Part shown: positions 15,382 to 29,300 of the stretch, piece by piece
How positions within the stretch are numbered: position 1 is the stretch's first letter
Layout of the letters: each line of letters begins with the position of its first letter
Assembly: GCF_009914755.1 (NCBI RefSeq)
Contig: NC_060926.1
Direction: 5' to 3' (one strand)
Origin: the human T2T-CHM13v2.0 reference genome, Homo sapiens
DNA length: 64,000 bases
Position numbers and translations under genes: made by a program
Notes under the pieces: model-generated
Told to the model about the DNA's origin: nothing
The model's input: the letters and a program-made list of their open reading frames with translations, nothing else
Database searches by the model: none

Positions 15382-15691
15382 TTTTTATTTTATTTTATTT
15401 TATTTTTGAGATGGAGTTTCACTCTGTCACCCAGGCTGGAGTGCAATAGTGCGATGCTGGCTCACTGCAACCTCGGCCTCCCGGGTTCAAGCAAATTCTT
15501 GTGCCTCAGCCACCCGAGTAGCTAGGATTACAGGCATGCACCACCACGCTCGGCTAATTTTTGTATTTTTAGTAGAGATGGGGTTTCACCATGTTGGCCA
15601 GGTTGCTCTCGAACTCCTGACCTTAGGTGATCTGCTCACCTCAGCCTCCCAAAGTGCTTGGGATTACAGGTGTGAGCCACTGCGCCCGGCC
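15382..15691 (-). mobile_element. Alu (AluS-like)
   Basis: Full reverse Alu; TSD ctgatttt. Confidence 0.95.
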
Positions 15692-16352
15692 CTGATTTTC
15701 TTTAAAAATAGAATCGTCAGATCTTCTACTAAGAAAATTAGAACGTTTATAGGATTTAGGGTTAAGAAGTACCCCAGAAACCAAAGCTTAATCTTTTTAT
15801 TTTACAGATGAGGAAATGCAATCTCAGGAAAGTTACAGTTGCTTAATTAAAGGTAGTGAATAGTGGAGTTAGGATTAAAATTAAAATTAAAATACACATC
15901 TAAACATTAATTTAATAGCATCCAAACAGCACAACAGAAAAAAATGGTTTTATCATGTTTGCTAACTTGTACACTATTTCAGAATTCTTTTTAATACTGT
16001 TAAAACCACTCATCATTATTAGCAGCACTGCCTTCAGATGATCACATCTAGTTTCAGATGTAATACTCCTATTTTCCACTAGGAGGAGAAAAAGCCACAA
16101 GAAAAAGCCAGACAAACAACAAGTGACAAGAAACAGAACTTCTAATCTGCCACTAATTTTAAAGTATCACTAACTACTCACTATGCTAAAGGAAGATTTC
16201 TTTTTTCAAATTTTGTGGTTTATCTATAGTATAAAACAGTCCGTAACTTTATAAAAATGTGATCTAAATTGTGCATTTGAAGCAGGCTTTAGTGAAAACA
16301 TTAATTCAAAACAGCCTCAAGCAATGTACAGAACAAATAAAATCTGGCTTAC

Positions 16353-16439
16353 CATTTTTGCTTCTGACTGTACTGGTTGGGGAGAGGAAGGACCTGGGAT
16401 TCCTGGAACACTAGGCACCATGGTGACTGGTCGAACGAG
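16353..16439 (-). CDS. ATF2: ATF2 exon LVRPVTMVPSVPGIPGPSSPQPVQSEAKM
   Basis: 87 nt, phase 0-0, tag| acceptor, ATG|gtaagc donor. Confidence 0.97.
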
Positions 16440-17366
16440 CTATGCATGACATAAGGAAAAATAATTGCTAGAGAATATATTCAAAATGAGATTTGTACTT
16501 TACTGCTGTTGTAATAATTTGAGACTTTAAGAATCAGAACATTGTAAATTTATCACCAGCTGATTTTATCTCTATACCAAATCCTTATTTGGTCTTATAT
16601 CCTGACTTATCCTTCAAAAGTTGTCAATTTCTGAGACGTGTGCTTTCCTAATTTTCAGTTTCTACAATTTCTTTCTTAATGGTCCCTGTTAGAAATTCAT
16701 AATATTCAAAGTGATTAATGCAAAAATTCTCAAAGATCTGTCAAACTTCCATTTTGAATATGAAAGGAAGAATGTCAAAACTTGTGACACTTAGGCATAA
16801 AAAATAATTTCAACAATGAATTTTGCTTTTCTAAAAATATATACAATGAATTTTCTTATACATACCACATAATAACAAATAACACACTGTAATAATTTCT
16901 GAAATAATCTGTAACAGGTTTTACCATTTTGGTTTTTTCCTTTTTTTTCTTAAACCTAACACTGAGTGAACACAGTTACTGTATAAATAAAGCATATCTT
17001 TTCTTTCATTTCCGGTTGCTTTCATCACTAGGTACATGTAACAGGATAATCAGAATCTCAAAAACAAGGCAAGAATGTTTCCCTCCTCAAAAAAATATTC
17101 TCAGTAAAGAGGAAGCAGATACCTTATATCTGAGTCCTTACAAAGTCTCTCAAATAATGCATTTTGAACAAAGTTCTTTTTAAAGAAGGCACATTATCTT
17201 GAAATTACGTCAATCAATGCTAATTTTGGATAGTTTGAAAGATCACGTGGAAGAATTAGTTAATTAAAAAAAGATATAAATATCAAACATTAATCCTAGT
17301 AATATTCTTGGGGGTAATCTCACCGAAAGTGTTGGAATGTTACTATAAGTAAGCTTTTAAAAATAA

Positions 17367-17669
17367 GTTTTATTTTTTATTATTTTTGAGACAAGGTCTT
17401 ACTTTGTTGCCCAGCCTGGAATGCAGTGGTGCAATCTCGGCTAACTACAGTCTCAACCTCCAGGCTCAAGTGATCCTCCCACCTCAGCCTTCTGAGTAGC
17501 TGAGACTACAGGTGCTTCCATCACAACTGGCTAATTTGTGTTTATTTTTTGTAGAGATGGGGTTTTGCCATGTTGCCCAGCCTGGTCTTGAACTCCTGGA
17601 CTTAGGCAAGCCACCCACCCTGGTCTCCCAAAGTGCTGGGATTACAGGCATGAGCCACTGCACTTGGCC
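17367..17669 (-). mobile_element. Alu (AluJ-like)
   Basis: Reverse Alu consensus. Confidence 0.92.
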
Positions 17670-18053
17670 TAAAAATAATTTTTAAAAGCTACACTGTAAA
17701 TGATTACACTGTACTGATCAGTAACAAGCATCTTAGAAGGTAAAAGAAAAAACTATCTTTTTATTACATAAATAAGTACCTAATGCTTGGTGTAAGATTT
17801 CCAGGGAGAGAATAATAGAGAGATTCATAAAGTAATATCGTAAATGATTTAGATGAAAAAGAAAATACTGTGTTCTGGAAACTGTGCTAGATGTCTCAAA
17901 AAGTGGTTCTCAGGATGAAAATTTGAATGTCAAAGACATAACTGAAGAGTTTGTTTGAATAAAACTGTTTTATGTAATGTAAGTAAGAAAAAAGCAATTT
18001 TCTAACACACATTATTCCAAACAATGTGTTTTTAAATGTTCATTAAACTATTA

Positions 18054-18205
18054 CTTTTTTTTTTTTTTTGACTTGGGGTCTTGCCCTGTCATCCAGGCAG
18101 GATCCATAGCTCACTGCAGTCTCAAACGCCTGGGCTCACACAATCCTCCTACCTCAGCCGCCCAATACGCTGGGATTACAACAGGCATGAGTTGCCATGC
18201 CTGGC
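18054..18205 (-). mobile_element. Alu monomer or deleted Alu
   Basis: Poly(T) plus ~140 bp of reverse Alu; TSD aaactatta. Confidence 0.85.
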
Positions 18206-18778
18206 CAAACTATTAAATATCATAAGTAGATAGTTAACTATTTTGTCTACGTCTTTCAAAATTTATATATTTAACACACCCCTCAAAAAACTTTTTTGCG
18301 GGGTCTTTTCACAGGGAAAGTGAAAGATTATTTTTCTAGAACATTTACATTTTAACATGCTGGGCTATCAAAGATTCTACAAACCCTACTTGACCACAAA
18401 AATTCAGAGTGTGTCTTTATAAACAATTTCCATACTAATAGAAATACCACAGAGTTACCTGACAAGTATTCTAGTACAAATATCTTTCTAAAATTTGAAA
18501 TCTGTGTTAATATTTGAATGCTACAAGTCCAGTCAAATTGATATGGGTTGAATAAGAAGATCTCAGTATAAAAAAAAAATTAAGGTTTTGGGGAGAAGAG
18601 AAAAAATAGCTATACCTTGAATGGTATATGCTATTACAATGATAACAAATAAATACTATCAACTGCTAATCAATATTATGTTAAATTCAATTTCATAAGC
18701 CAGTCAAGCAGCCAACTTTATTTTCTGACTACAAAGATCAGTTTTGCGATAGAGATTTAAATAGTCTAACTTTCTTAC

Positions 18779-18893
18779 TGGGACTGCAGCTGGAACATGC
18801 ACATTAGAACTTGTAATTGATGCAGGAATAGCAACAGGCATGGTTTGTCCATTAGGAAGATGTAACAGAAGAGGAAATGGGCCTGGTACAGGG
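18779..18893 (-). CDS. ATF2: ATF2 exon PVPGPFPLLLHLPNGQTMPVAIPASITSSNVHVPAAVP
   Basis: 115 nt, strong polypyrimidine tract plus tag| acceptor, |gtaaga donor. Confidence 0.97.
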
Positions 18894-19474
18894 CTAAGAA
18901 AAACAAAAGAAGAGAAATTTTAAAAAAGAGATTCATACCAACTGTCTCTTAAAAATACAATAGTATTTTTACTCCTATAATCATATCATTTAAAAATACA
19001 TTTTCTAACCACAGCAAAGCAAATAGCAAAATTTAATTATTTTTAATTGCATCTTAAATGCATAACCTGTGTAGCAGTATTGAAAAGAAGAGAAAAGTTA
19101 TGGATTTACTTAGGACAATCTCCAATTTGTAAAATGAGAAAAACTGTCATCAGAGAGCTCTTGGGAGCTACCAGTAAGAACTGAAAGAAATGGAATCTGG
19201 TGATGCAGTAATTTTATATTTTGTGTGAAATAGCATGAAAATAAGACTATCTTAAATTCACATTCTATATTTGTTTTTAGTTGTATTTATCTCCCACTCT
19301 GTTAGTTAATATTTATATTAAAGAAGACTACGCAAGTACTTTTTCCAAAATTCGAAGCATGCACACACATACAAAACTAAGATCTTAGTTTGAATAATCA
19401 AATGTCTTAGGAAAAATCATTACAAAACAAACTTAATTCATGTATATGTTCAATGATTGGCCTGAATCACTTAC

Positions 19475-19653
19475 ACAATTGGCCTGTTAGAGGATGGTGC
19501 CTGGGTGATTACAGTACTTGAGGTTGGTGAAGGTACTGCCTGCTGAATAATTACACTTGAGTCAGAACTTGTAAGCAGCACATTGGGAACCTGTAATGAT
19601 GCTGGACGAACAATAGCTGATGTGGGCTGTGCAGTTTGTGCCAATGGTACTTC
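19475..19653 (-). CDS. ATF2: ATF2 exon EVPLAQTAQPTSAIVRPASLQVPNVLLTSSDSSVIIQQAVPSPTSSTVITQAPSSNRPI(V)
   Basis: 179 nt, tag| acceptor, GT|gtaagt donor. Translation matches ATF2. Confidence 0.97.
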
Positions 19654-20469
19654 CTATTTAACAATGAGATAAAAAAGGGTGGCATTTAAAAATACAAATC
19701 ATGTACCTTAGTGAACAGAATGTAACACACTTCTAAAAGCATCTACAGAATAATAACTGCTAAAAGCAAATTAATATCTCAAATTAATTAAAAGAACATT
19801 TTAGAAGAGCTGTAAAGATTCAAATGCAATGTTCAATTAATATTTTAATTTTAAAAAGACTCGTTTTTTTTTTTTCCAGTACAACTTGTTCTCCTATCAA
19901 TCCAGAAATAAGTTAGACTGGGCAACTTGGCTATGATACCAAGAGAATTTTAATAAAAAATAAAAATATAATCCATTCTCAGAGAATCACAGAACTTAAA
20001 ATCCAGAAGGGACTGTTTAGTCCCCCTCCCTCATTATACTGTATGAAGAGGAAACAGGTCCAGTGAGACTGTGTTATGGCTGATACAATTAAGTAACAGA
20101 AATAAGAACTTTTAGAGCAATACAAATAATTGTTAATTCCAGTTAGCTACCTCTTCTATATCAATAATTTCTTCATATCAAAAGGCCACGTAATACTGAT
20201 ATCTTGAATGTAAAATAAATAATTACCGGAGTGAACTCTTTCAAGTCAGGAAAACAGAATTTGTCAGCCAAGACCTTAAAGATGGTATTTCCTCTGGTTT
20301 TACAAATTATAGAACAAAAAGTTTTAAAAGATTTTACCCAGAACTCCTTAAATAGTCAGTGTAAAAATTGGGTCTATGGTGTTTTATGAATTGGCCTGTA
20401 TGCTGCCACTTATCATCAAAATCTTATTAAGCTACATAGGAAGAAGGATAAAGTAGTAGTATTGTAACT

Positions 20470-21430
20470 TCATTTATTCAGTAAGTTGAGAACTTATGCT
20501 CCCAAGGACTAGCTCTCAAGGAAGAGACAATAAACAAGTAAAACAAGTAAGAAAATTTCAGATTGTAGTAAATGTTAAGTGTTACAGAATAATACGTGCA
20601 ATGTAACAAAGGATGAAAGATTAGCTGAAGGTAAGGAAGAGTCAGTTAATTTAGACAGCATAGTAAGAATAGGTGAGCTTCTTTGCAAAAACAGCATTCG
20701 AACTGATGATAAAAGGATGAGGAGGAGAGCATTTCATTGTAGGGAGAAGGAAGCAATACCATATATGTCATGTCCTGAGGTAGGAAAAAGCTTTGAATAT
20801 TTGATGAACACAATAGAGAGGCATGAGGTAAGGATAGATGCGTAGACAGGCCCAGATCAAAGAGGGCTTATGCCAAGGAGTGTGAATTATTTTAAATACA
20901 ATGGTAGACCATTGAAAGATTTTAAGCAGGTGACATATTTAATGTATTAAAAGTCATCTTACAGAAAATGGATTGGAGGTAGAAGCAGGAAGACAAGTTA
21001 GAAGGTAACTGTTAATAATCCAAACAAAAGATGATGATGGTTTGGGCTTACGTGGTGTCACTGAACACAGACATAGAGGATGAGATTCAGGTCTGATAAA
21101 ATATGCTGTTAGTTTCAGTGTAAAAGAAAGAAGAAATTAAGGATGACCCCTAAATTCTCAGCTAGAACAACTAAATGGATGGAGAAAATTTACTGAGATG
21201 GGGAAAACTGGGGGAAGAATCAAGGACTCTGATTTTGACCTATTAAGTTTAAGATGTCTATTAGACATAGAAAAGGTAATGTCAAGATGGAGTTGGATAT
21301 AAATCTGGCAATCTGGTGAGATACCTATGCCCATAGAAATTTGGGAGTCATCAGTATGTAGATGTTTATTAAAGTTATGGGCCTGGATGAGATCACCTAG
21401 GAAGAAAATCAAGAAAGAAGAAGAGGTCCA
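20470..21430 (-). mobile_element. L2 fragment
   Basis: ccattgaaagattttaagcagg, tttactgagatggggaa, gatgtctattagacat, gggagtcatcag, ggatgagatcacctagg motifs. Confidence 0.7.
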
Positions 21431-22774
21431 GATTTTTTTTTTTTTAAATCAATTTCATATGGTATACCTTGCTCAAGGAGGGCCTAATGATTGGGGAATG
21501 CAGAAAGAAGGAATACTCCTAAAAGATGCTGAAGCAGCCACGAACAATGAAAAACTGTTAAGTGTGAAAAGAATGAAATGCTCTCTAGGAAAAAAGATTT
21601 GTATCAGAGATTTAAAAAGCATTTCCAATAACTGTAATAATGTGGAAACAACCTTTATGTCCAAAAAGAACAGGATAACATAATACATATACATATCATA
21701 TAATAAAATAAAGTACAATCATTAAAAAGTATGATTTGGGGAACTCTCTAATGACATGGGAAAATATTCATCAATACTGAGGGTCTAAAGCACAATATAA
21801 AATAAAGCTAGGATCTTTATATCCATCTATCCTTCTATTTAACTATTCACTTATGTATTTGTACCTATAAATGTATATATCTAGAAAAAAATGTTTCAAG
21901 ATAGTAATTCTTATTCAATTATGTGCTAATAGGTGATTTTGGTTTTCTTTTCATGTTTCTGTATTCTTAGAGAAGAAGAATGAGAATGTACTTTTAAAAT
22001 GAGAAAAAGAAAATGAAGAAAAAAAAACAGAAAACAAAGCATTTATTCTTAGCCAAAAAGTTATTTTTTCTGTATTTCCTTATTTCTAGCTCCTCTGCCA
22101 TGACAGAAGTCCATTAATAAGTATGGTTTTAGAATAACAATCTAAAAAAGAATATTGCCACTGCCTCTTTATGTGTCCCATTGCCCTTCGCTGTGTCCTG
22201 CATGGTACTCCCAAATAAATATGTGCTTATTCTATGTGCTTGTGAACAAAAGAGTGATCAAGAAGTTCCCATAATAATGTTACTCAACACACAACTGTAG
22301 CCCAGGTGGTCCCAGATTATCTGGGTATTCAAGCTAGTATCATCATCGTCCTAATTGCCGCTAACAAAGATCCACTGCTGAGAATGAGTAACTAGTCCCT
22401 TAATCCTGTAAAAGTCTAAAAAACCACTGTTCAAATAATTTTTTGAATAGATTCTTAATTAAGCTGTTACTGTATAAAAGTAGCTAAATATAAAATAGCA
22501 AAACACAGAAAAATTAAGTTAAATTTATAAATTTATATATCTTTTAAAAATAAGTTTTATGTAACATGACTGTTCTCCCCTATAATTTTTCTATGTACAA
22601 TAAAAGCTGCAGTCTTCTTACCCTGAAATATCTGAGTATTGACAGGCTTTCACATATAAAACTATTGCAAGCTGACACTGAATTTAATACATTAACATTT
22701 TATGGAGATTAAATAGTAAACTTTATTTGGGTACTGTTCCTCCCCCTTACTTTGTATTTCTAAAAATTTCTAAC

Positions 22775-22903
22775 CTTCTCATCACTGGTAGTAGACTCTG
22801 GGTGAGGTAAAGGACTATCCTGGTGAGTTGTTTCTACAACAGAAGGCTCCTCAATTTTGCTTCTTATGATAGGTGTTGCAAGAGGGGATAAATCTAGAGG
22901 CAT
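22775..22903 (-). CDS. ATF2: ATF2 exon MPLDLSPLATPIIRSKIEEPSVVETTHQDSPLPHPESTTSDEK
   Basis: 129 nt, phase 0-0, tag| acceptor, AAG|gttag donor. Separated from the previous exon by a 132-nt intron. Confidence 0.97.
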
Positions 22904-23035
22904 CTATAATTCAAATAATAAGGAAAAGGTTATAAGTTCAAAAACAGTGTGTCTAAATTTAAAAAGCAGGAAGTATAAACTATGATTACTTTTCTGTCAG
23001 AAGTACTCTTTTTAAATTTCATGGTTACAACATAC

Positions 23036-23154
23036 TTTTTTAATGTCATCTTCTGAAGCTTTCTTGAATTCATTCTCAAATGGACTCGCCAACTCATTAA
23101 ACAAACCCACTTCTTCACAGTTTTTCAAGAATCTTGTTGGTGTTGGGGTCTGAT
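23036..23154 (-). CDS. ATF2: ATF2 exon DQTPTPTRFLKNCEEVGLFNELASPFENEFKKASEDDIKK (Thr69/Thr71, Ser90)
   Basis: 119 nt, tttcag| acceptor, |gtatgt donor. Contains the JNK/p38 TPTP motif. Confidence 0.97.
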
Positions 23155-26100
23155 CTGAAATAAATGTCAAGAAGTAATCATGCATATTTAAATATGTTAA
23201 GACTCTAAAATATAGCTACTAAGTTAACAAATTAGCAGGACTGGTTCAGTCAGTTGTTAATTCTCTCTTTGGAAAGACCTCTTCCTTTAAAACAAACAAA
23301 ATTTGGTTAAATTTTTGTTGTACTTCGTATTTCCTCCAACTTTAAGAACTATGAAATATGAAAGTAGGAAAGAAGTCCTTTTTGCTCCTTAGTCCACTGC
23401 TTCTTTCTGAGTAGAATGGCATAAACATCCTCTACTCAAGAGATAAACTATTATTATCTAACACAGTATAAAGAATTTTTTAAATTTACATTATTAAAAA
23501 CTACAATTATTTAAATAAATGAAATTTGGGGAAAACTAGGATAAGAGCATGTATATCTGCTTTAACTTGGTTCTTCCACTAGCTGTTCATACTCTATTAT
23601 GAAAGCAAACTAAGATAAAACAATCTTTAATAGGTAGATAAAAATATTGTAAGAAAGAAAAAAAAAGTTAAAACAGCCCTAAAACAACAAACCCTCTTTT
23701 TACCACTATCTACTGAAACTAATTTTCTAATTTAATGCATTTTACAAGCTAGGTACAAGGAATATGTGTGAGTCACATGCCTCCAGAATGTTCTAGCTTA
23801 ATTCCTAAGGAGTAAAGAAAGAGTCTACTCTATTTTCTTACAACATGAAACATTTCAACTTTACTCGAATATGTACTCCTACTATGTACATTAACATAGG
23901 TACTCAGTGTCCATGTATAGGCTACAAAAAATGCCAGGTAAGATTTACACTGAATGAAAAGCAAGAAACTTATAAATTCTGCCTATTTAGTGTTACTATT
24001 TTCAAGGGTGTCTATTCATATTGATTAGAGTTGGTAGCACATTCAAATTCTATTCACATTTAATATATTTTAGAGCACCAATTTTACAGGCTATAGCAGG
24101 GATCTAGCCTAAGTGAAGTAAAAGTACTCTACTAAGGAAGACTCTTGGTTTAAGAGAAAATACTCCTAATTCCTTTTGTAAGATTAAAATTTACATATTT
24201 GTTAACCATTATGTCCCCACAGAGGGCATTACTTCCTATTTTACCTTTGCCCCCCACATGTATACCTAGAGGACTAGTATTTTTACTATGTACAAATATA
24301 TTTCACACTAAAATGACCCACTTGTAATACAAAACTAGACATAATGCAGGCCTGTTTCAGGCACTGTTAGTAATATCAGAATTACTAAAAGGACTCTATT
24401 ATATCATAATTTTACTAGTTTCTAGCCTATCCCTTAATTCCCACCTCCCAAAAGATCTCAAAAATCACATTACAGTAAGTAAAGTACATGTATTAGCTTA
24501 AGTCCATCATGACTAAATTAGTAGGTCAAATCTAAATGTGACTCTTCTGTTCACACCCAAAGGGTTTGTCTATCTAAGTTCATCAGAAGGCTCTTAACTT
24601 ACATTAAAGGGAGGGGAAAATCTTAAAAAAATAAAATACATAAGCATAAGTCACTTTTATCAATGATTACTGGAACCATCAGACTTCAGAAAAGTCAACA
24701 TAGGCACAATCATTTAACATGCACATTGCATATGGCTACTGATCACCAAAAATATACCACACACATCATGCATTTTATTTGCATAGTAATGTTAACCTAT
24801 TCATCTCAACATGTTAGTGAAAAAAAAGGTCAAGTACTGTGTTTGAATGTGCTCTATTTTTCTACTGCATTAAATGTGATCAGACAGGAAAGTAATTTCT
24901 AGAAACCAATTTCAAAACATATTTGAGTTAAAGAGTTACACACAGACAGAGATTGTGCTAAGGCAGAAAGTTTCAGAGAAACAAAGAGCTTCATGCCTAG
25001 GAGAGTGAACTTTCGAGGTTGTTACTATTTTGCTTGTTTGGTTCCTTTGGTTCTAGCTCTTAATGTCTAATGTAAAATACTCCAAAAAAAAAAAAGCATT
25101 ATCTCACTCTTCTGTATAAGTAACATATCTCTAAGTTACTTATGGAACTTAGTTAGGATATGTTGGAAGTTCCCCTACATTTTTCCTACGTATATTGTTT
25201 TCGATAAATTAACTTTGTTACCTTCAATTTCTTCATTACAAAAATTTCAATACTGTAAGTAGAGGGAAAACCACCGAATATTTGCTTTATTATCTATCCA
25301 AAACACTGCATAGAACAATTTGGTCTCTATACTGATTAATAATTTAAAAGTATTACAGTATTTGGGTGTAATTCCAGACTTATATGACATATAACAAGCT
25401 TTACAAGAGAAAAGAAAAATCTGGAGTTAATCTGAATATTTATGATATGTAAATCTGTGATGACACAAAGGATCTGAAATTTATATAGTTTTGTTTTATC
25501 ATAATACTTATAAAATATACAAAAAAGTAGCAAAATTATACATGACATATATGTATATATACATAGATGTGTGTGTGTATATATTTAAATACCAAAAAAA
25601 GGCAGCTAATACAGCATGGAATGACAATCAACCAATGTATGAACTGGGTTTTTCTTTTCACATACAGTGAAAAATAATCATCTGCTTAGGTGATACTGTA
25701 CGTTCATAGTGTCAACACACAAAAACTGCATTGACTGAATTTAGAGCCTCCTTACTGAGAATATTTTACTAATACAAATGTTTAGTCTGAAAAGAAATAT
25801 AAACAACTCTAATGAACAAGTCTGCTCACTGTTCTTTCTCCAATGGGAGAAGCTTGATCATTTTCTATCTTCACACAGCCTTGTAAGTCAGTTGTACAAG
25901 ACAGCTAAAAGAAATGCTGACTAAATACCATGTTAGTTCAATTATTAGTTAAATGTAAAATTTGTAGATGGTATGAATGTTCCCAGAGTTCTAATGAACT
26001 TCCACAAAATCGACATTGGAATATAAATTTGAAAACCACACAAAAAAATGAAATGAATAGTCAGAAGGAAACATGAAAATGTAATGGGTAAAATACATGT

Positions 26101-26228
26101 TGCCAACATTTACTATAATGAAGTCATTGGAATATCACCAGACTATATTATTTACAGAGAATACACAAAAATTGTGCACATTCCAGGTGAAATATGTATA
26201 CAAGCTATTAATAAAAGCATATACTAAC

Positions 26229-26325
26229 CAGCCACAATGACACTGTCATTACGTGCTGGACCAAATTTCAGTGTCATCTCATGTTTATGTTTATGGACAG
26301 CCAAATGATCCTCGTTGGTAAAACG
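26229..26325 (-). CDS. ATF2: ATF2 exon RFTNEDHLAVHKHKHEMTLKFGPARNDSVIVA, second half of the zinc finger and MAPK docking region
   Basis: 97 nt, cag| acceptor, G|gttagt donor. Translation matches ATF2. Confidence 0.97.
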
Positions 26326-29300
26326 CTGTGGCAAAAAGTTTTAAAATATAGTTAAGATTTTCAATTTGATCAAATAAGTAAAATGATTAGGAAATTAATT
26401 TCCACAACATGTAAAACCACCATTAACAGTGAAATAGCAGTTTTTAAACTATAAAAGAATCCGTTATTGTTAGTAGATAGCACACTAGATTGCAAACAAT
26501 CACAGAGAAACCTATTACTCAAGAATAAGCAATACTGATATATTGCTAGGTCACATAACTCATTTGAGAGCATTTAAAAATAAAATTGGAGGCAAAGAAA
26601 CTTTATATAAATTTCTTATGGATACTAAAAATAGACCACCATTAATTTGTCTTATCATAGTAGAAACTATACTCCATGGTTCAATGACTTTTCAAGAAAG
26701 TACTGTAGTATTAATATTTACCTAGACTTAAGGTTACTTACCACTTTTTAAAAGAGAATTTTCTTATAAAAGTATTACGCCTGGACAAAATTTAGAAATA
26801 AATCTGATTTTTATGTTACCACATAAAAAAGAATGCCTTTGTTTTAATCCAGCAAAGAAATAGCAACCGATACAATAACAAAACAGCTCATTTTAAAATA
26901 AAAAAATTTAAAGTAGCCAAAATAATTTTTTCATGAGAGTTCTTACATAAAAATGGAGCAAAGTTGTTTTTAGAACATTTTATTTTTAAAGTTATCCATC
27001 ATATTTTTTCCTACCTCTAACTTGGATAAGTTTTGCATGCCAAAGGTAACATTTATGATTACAACATAATAAATGCATTATCTCCAATGTCTGAACATCA
27101 ACATTTTTGAAGATGCTCATTAAGCAACATTTATAACTGAAAACAGGGAGCTGTTATTTCAGAGCAATAATTTTAAAATGCTAAGTTAACAGATCTCAAT
27201 TCACTCTTTATAACCTTACAAGTGAGGATGTTAAAATATATATACTTGAACTTGGTTTGCCCAAACCATCAAAATGAATTCCATTTCTTGTGGTCTCCTT
27301 CCCCTACCCAATTCACTACATCCTTTCATGCAACTAATAATAGTAGCTTTAGGGTTACCTTAAACACAATGTAAAAGAATGAAACATTTTTAACATTTTA
27401 ACATCTTTGGCCCAGTCCACTATCCGTCTGCCTGTAGAGGTGAAAATCATCTCATGTGTGCGGCACAATGCCTTGGTTATAGCACCTATCATATTTTCAT
27501 ATGTCTGTCCTTTTAAGTAGGCTGAGCTCCTACCGTGGTCCCCCAAACTTAGCATATAGTTAAGTACTCAATAAATGCTAACTGAAAGAATGAATTCATT
27601 ACAATAAAATAGATGAATCTTAAAGATCAATCTGAGGGGGCTAAAAAAGACCCTAAACCATTGTTCATTAAGATGAATTCAACTTCAATTTAATCTTGCT
27701 ACATTTTATCACTTAGTCTTTGGATTACTTCACATACCAACAGAAAACTATTATTTTATAACCTCTCTTCAGAACCTGCCTGTATTACCACTGAAGGAGA
27801 GTGTTCAGATGCAACAACACTTCCACTACTTGACATATTCATTCACTCTTCAGACATTTACTGGGCAGCAACTATAGGCAGTAGGACCACAATCAAACTT
27901 TTCCCCACCCAGGTACTGTCTTCCTATTACTTTATCATTATAAGAATCTCCCCCAATTTTGGAGAAATAAGAAACAGTGGTACTTTTGACAGATTGCTGA
28001 ATAACAAAGTTCTCAGAAAACGAACATATCTGCAGAGCATACTGACATTAATATTTTATGCTTTTTCTTTGTATTGCTGTTTTAAATATACGTGTCTTAC
28101 ATCCTACACTAAAAGCATCTGAAAGTAATATTTAGTTTATGTTTCAAAGAACCTCATAATGTGGCTTTTCCACTGAAGGCAATCATTAAACATTTGTGAA
28201 TGAATGCATTTTGGTGCAGGTCCCAGATTTTAAAACTGCAAACTCAACAAATTAATAGATAAGAAGTTGGAATGTTGTCGCCTAGGAATTTTATTCTATC
28301 AATTTTCTTTGCTTGGATTAGTTTGACCCCAAATATTCAAATCAAAGAACTGCATGTAGAATAAATAACATTGTGTTCGTACAAAACATACGAAATGGCA
28401 CCAAGTTCAATCCTAAGTGTAAAGAAGTGGCCAGAAGCAACCTAACAAATATTTAGGATCATATGAATATTAAAAGGGAGAATGCAAGGAATATGTATTT
28501 ATAAACTCTCATATAAGATCCACAGATCAAATTTCCCTAAATGCAATTTACAAAGGGATTACTGATCCTGTAACAGTATTAATTATATACAGGGACAGCA
28601 ACACTGCAAAGGACAAAATACACTCAAAATACAAAAACACTGCAAAAGACAAAATACACTGGCACTTGATACAGGTGAATTTGACCTTGGTTATCTGAGA
28701 AAATTTATTATTTTTAACAAGAAACTTAAGACCGTGTGAAAAGGCAATCTTGTGAAAAGGCAGTCACCAGAAGTTTAATATGAAAGAAATGCATTCTTTA
28801 TTTATTTATAAAATAGCTGCAAGCTAAATTTTTTTACAGAATCTATATGAAATGTCTTCCCAGTCAAATTAAAGTTTATTCCAAAAATAAGTTTTGTAAA
28901 AATATCTATATTACTAGCAACACCAACATACTGAATTCATAAACTGTATTCTTCCAGGCATTTCAAAGCACAACCCCAAAGAAAATACTGTAGATATACA
29001 AAGAAACACAAGTATTTTGTTAAACAAGACTAAGACCTTGAGTATATAGCTCAATAAACAATGGAAAAAGTGAAAAAAAAAAGATTTTTTTTTTTGATAG
29101 GTGCCTAGCAGGTAGCAATCTCTCTTAAAAGGTTAAAAAGAAAGGGTAACCTGTCAGATGGGAAGAAGGTAGATCAGTTGCTTCTATAATAATTTAAGTT
29201 CTGATATCTGGGAAATCTGTGTTACTAAGGCTTGACCACTCTCACCAGAATTAACTTCCTAAAAAATCAGTCATTCTATAGTTAATACATACACTCATAT

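Noticed and set aside
22930-23118. 62-aa minus-strand ORF overlapping the TPTP exon in another frame
   Set aside because: An alternative frame of a real ATF2 exon running into the intron, with no independent support.
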